Assembly (NCBI GenBank): GCA_010093815.1
Contig: ML996574.1
Direction: 5' to 3' (one strand)
Length of the DNA stretch: 64,000 bases
Origin: Pseudovirgaria hyperparasitica
Lineage: Eukaryota
The notes under the pieces are model-generated. The model did no database searches. It was given only the letters and a program-made list of their open reading frames with translations, and was not told the DNA's origin. Below, one piece after another: positions 62,513 to 64,000 of this stretch. Numbering within the stretch: the first letter of the stretch is position 1; the number at the start of each line of letters is the position of its first letter. The position numbers were made by a program, and so were the translations under genes.

Positions 62513-64000
62513 CTTGGCAGATGGCTGTATTCGAGTTGTGGATAAAGGAATAAGGAAATGCGGATGCAGGAATTATCAATAACAACCCGACGACTACTAG
62601 TGCCGTGGACGGCGCGTGTTGAAAATTGGATTTTCGCAAGTCGCGCGACCGACGTACAAGGATACAACCGTGAAAAGGCCTTGTAGTAGATCGCACGAAA
62701 CCGTGGCAGGAGAGGGATGTCGACGAGGTGGTACGGCGGTGCGATCAAAGAGAAGCCTGCCTTGTGGACGGGAGGAGTATTTGATTCATAGTCCTGTAGG
62801 AAGGTAGTTTGGCAAGAAAATGACATCATCGCATTTCTCGGCACCCTGCATCCGGATCTGGTCGGAATCGCGCCTGAGCCACTCACGCAACTTCGCAAGG
62901 CGTTATACGATTCGACACGCATCTCTCGCATCTCTCGCAACTCTCGCAAAGGCCGCGTGGCACAATAACGAGGGCTTTGTTCTATTACTGGGCCAGATCA
63001 TTTCTTGTCTTTTTTGCGCAGCGCGGGAGGCTGCACTGCAGCTTTTAATGGCCGATCATCCTAGTCGCAGATCTTGTGGTGTCGTACCTGTGCAAGACTA
63101 TTATAGTAACGCCTTTTGTGCTACTGTCTGTCTACTTGCGCAAAATCAGTGTCAGTAATCGCCAGTCGGGACCGAACTCCGGGTTCGGATCTTGTCTGCT
63201 ATTTCCGACAGGATGACCAAGCATACGCGTTCCGGCAAGGACTTGTTACTACTACTTTGACGATATTAGCTAGAAGGCATGAAGCAGTTCTTTCTTATAG
63301 TTCCAACCCGTCTACGTATATGCGTTGATTCGTGGTGAATTTGCAGGCGTTTTGCTGAATAAGTAAATTCTCAATAGCGAAAGGCATTGGTGCATGTTTG
63401 GTTCTTCGCAGTCAGGCGTATTCTCTATCTAGACAATTATCTTCTTCTGGACGACTGAACTGCATAACGAATGATATTACATGGGCTGTTGAGAAGGTAG
63501 TGCAATGATGGTCACAGATGCCATGGCCACTTTTCAAGAAAAGAGCCAAAGAAAGCGGGTGGAACGTTTTATGCACCCACGCCTTGACCAAGTTAGGTCT
63601 AGCTTGACAAGGCTCCACGGAATAATCTACCCCACACGCAAGCGCGTCGCGAATCGCGACAAGGTCCCTATTATCTACTGCTCCTCAGATGAACTCTCTC
63701 AGCACTGTTGCATGCAATTCCAACCCTCATCGCCTCACCACCACACATCGCTATATCTGCTTCCCTTATAAATTCCGCTCTTCTAGGTTGAAGACCGCCA
63801 TGTTTTCTTGCCATGCAAGCGTAAAAATTACACAATGCGATGGCTCCTCCTGTGGCGTTGATGATCATGCCGCAGCGCAATCGCCCCGAAAGCTCACGAA
63901 CAGCATGCGCAAATTCTACGAACAAGGTGTGAAGGGTCTTGATGTCTGCACCGAGTCTCCTCCTGCGCCTGCTATCAATAAGCGCAAGAGGCGGTTTGTC

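Noticed and set aside
63671..64000. Minus-strand frame open to the window edge
   Set aside because: No recognisable protein; could be a gene end, but this is unsupported.

Overview
Intron-containing fungal DNA from a filamentous ascomycete (Pezizomycotina, inferred from the gene families and the short GT-AG introns with CTRAC branch points). About 21 protein-coding loci are supported, mostly housekeeping or regulatory. They are: two Zn2Cys6 transcription factors, a secreted lysozyme/lytic-transglycosylase-like + LysM protein, a D-2-hydroxyacid dehydrogenase, YIP3/PRA1, an ERJ5-like DnaJ, an AAA+ ATPase, ARG1, a TSL1/TPS3-like subunit, an SDR, NAT4, PNO1, DPH6, an Msn2/Seb1-like C2H2 factor, a thioredoxin-PITH protein, a TUG/UBX protein, RPL36, an SFK1/Frag1-like protein and three proteins of unknown function. 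I recognised no tRNA, rRNA, transposon or CRISPR. The most striking feature is at the 3' end of YIP3. A 452-codon ORF in the -1 frame overlaps the last 37 nt of YIP3 and has no AUG for its first 212 codons. It begins in a ~100-nt element of two stem-loops whose loops are complementary (a kissing-loop/pseudoknot candidate), which suggests an unannotated recoding or non-canonical initiation system. Other oddities are an apparent GT-GG intron, a GC-AG intron, an ~11 kb microsatellite-rich gene desert upstream of the Msn2-like gene, and kb-scale oscillating C/G strand skew. All calls are by eye and no searches were run.
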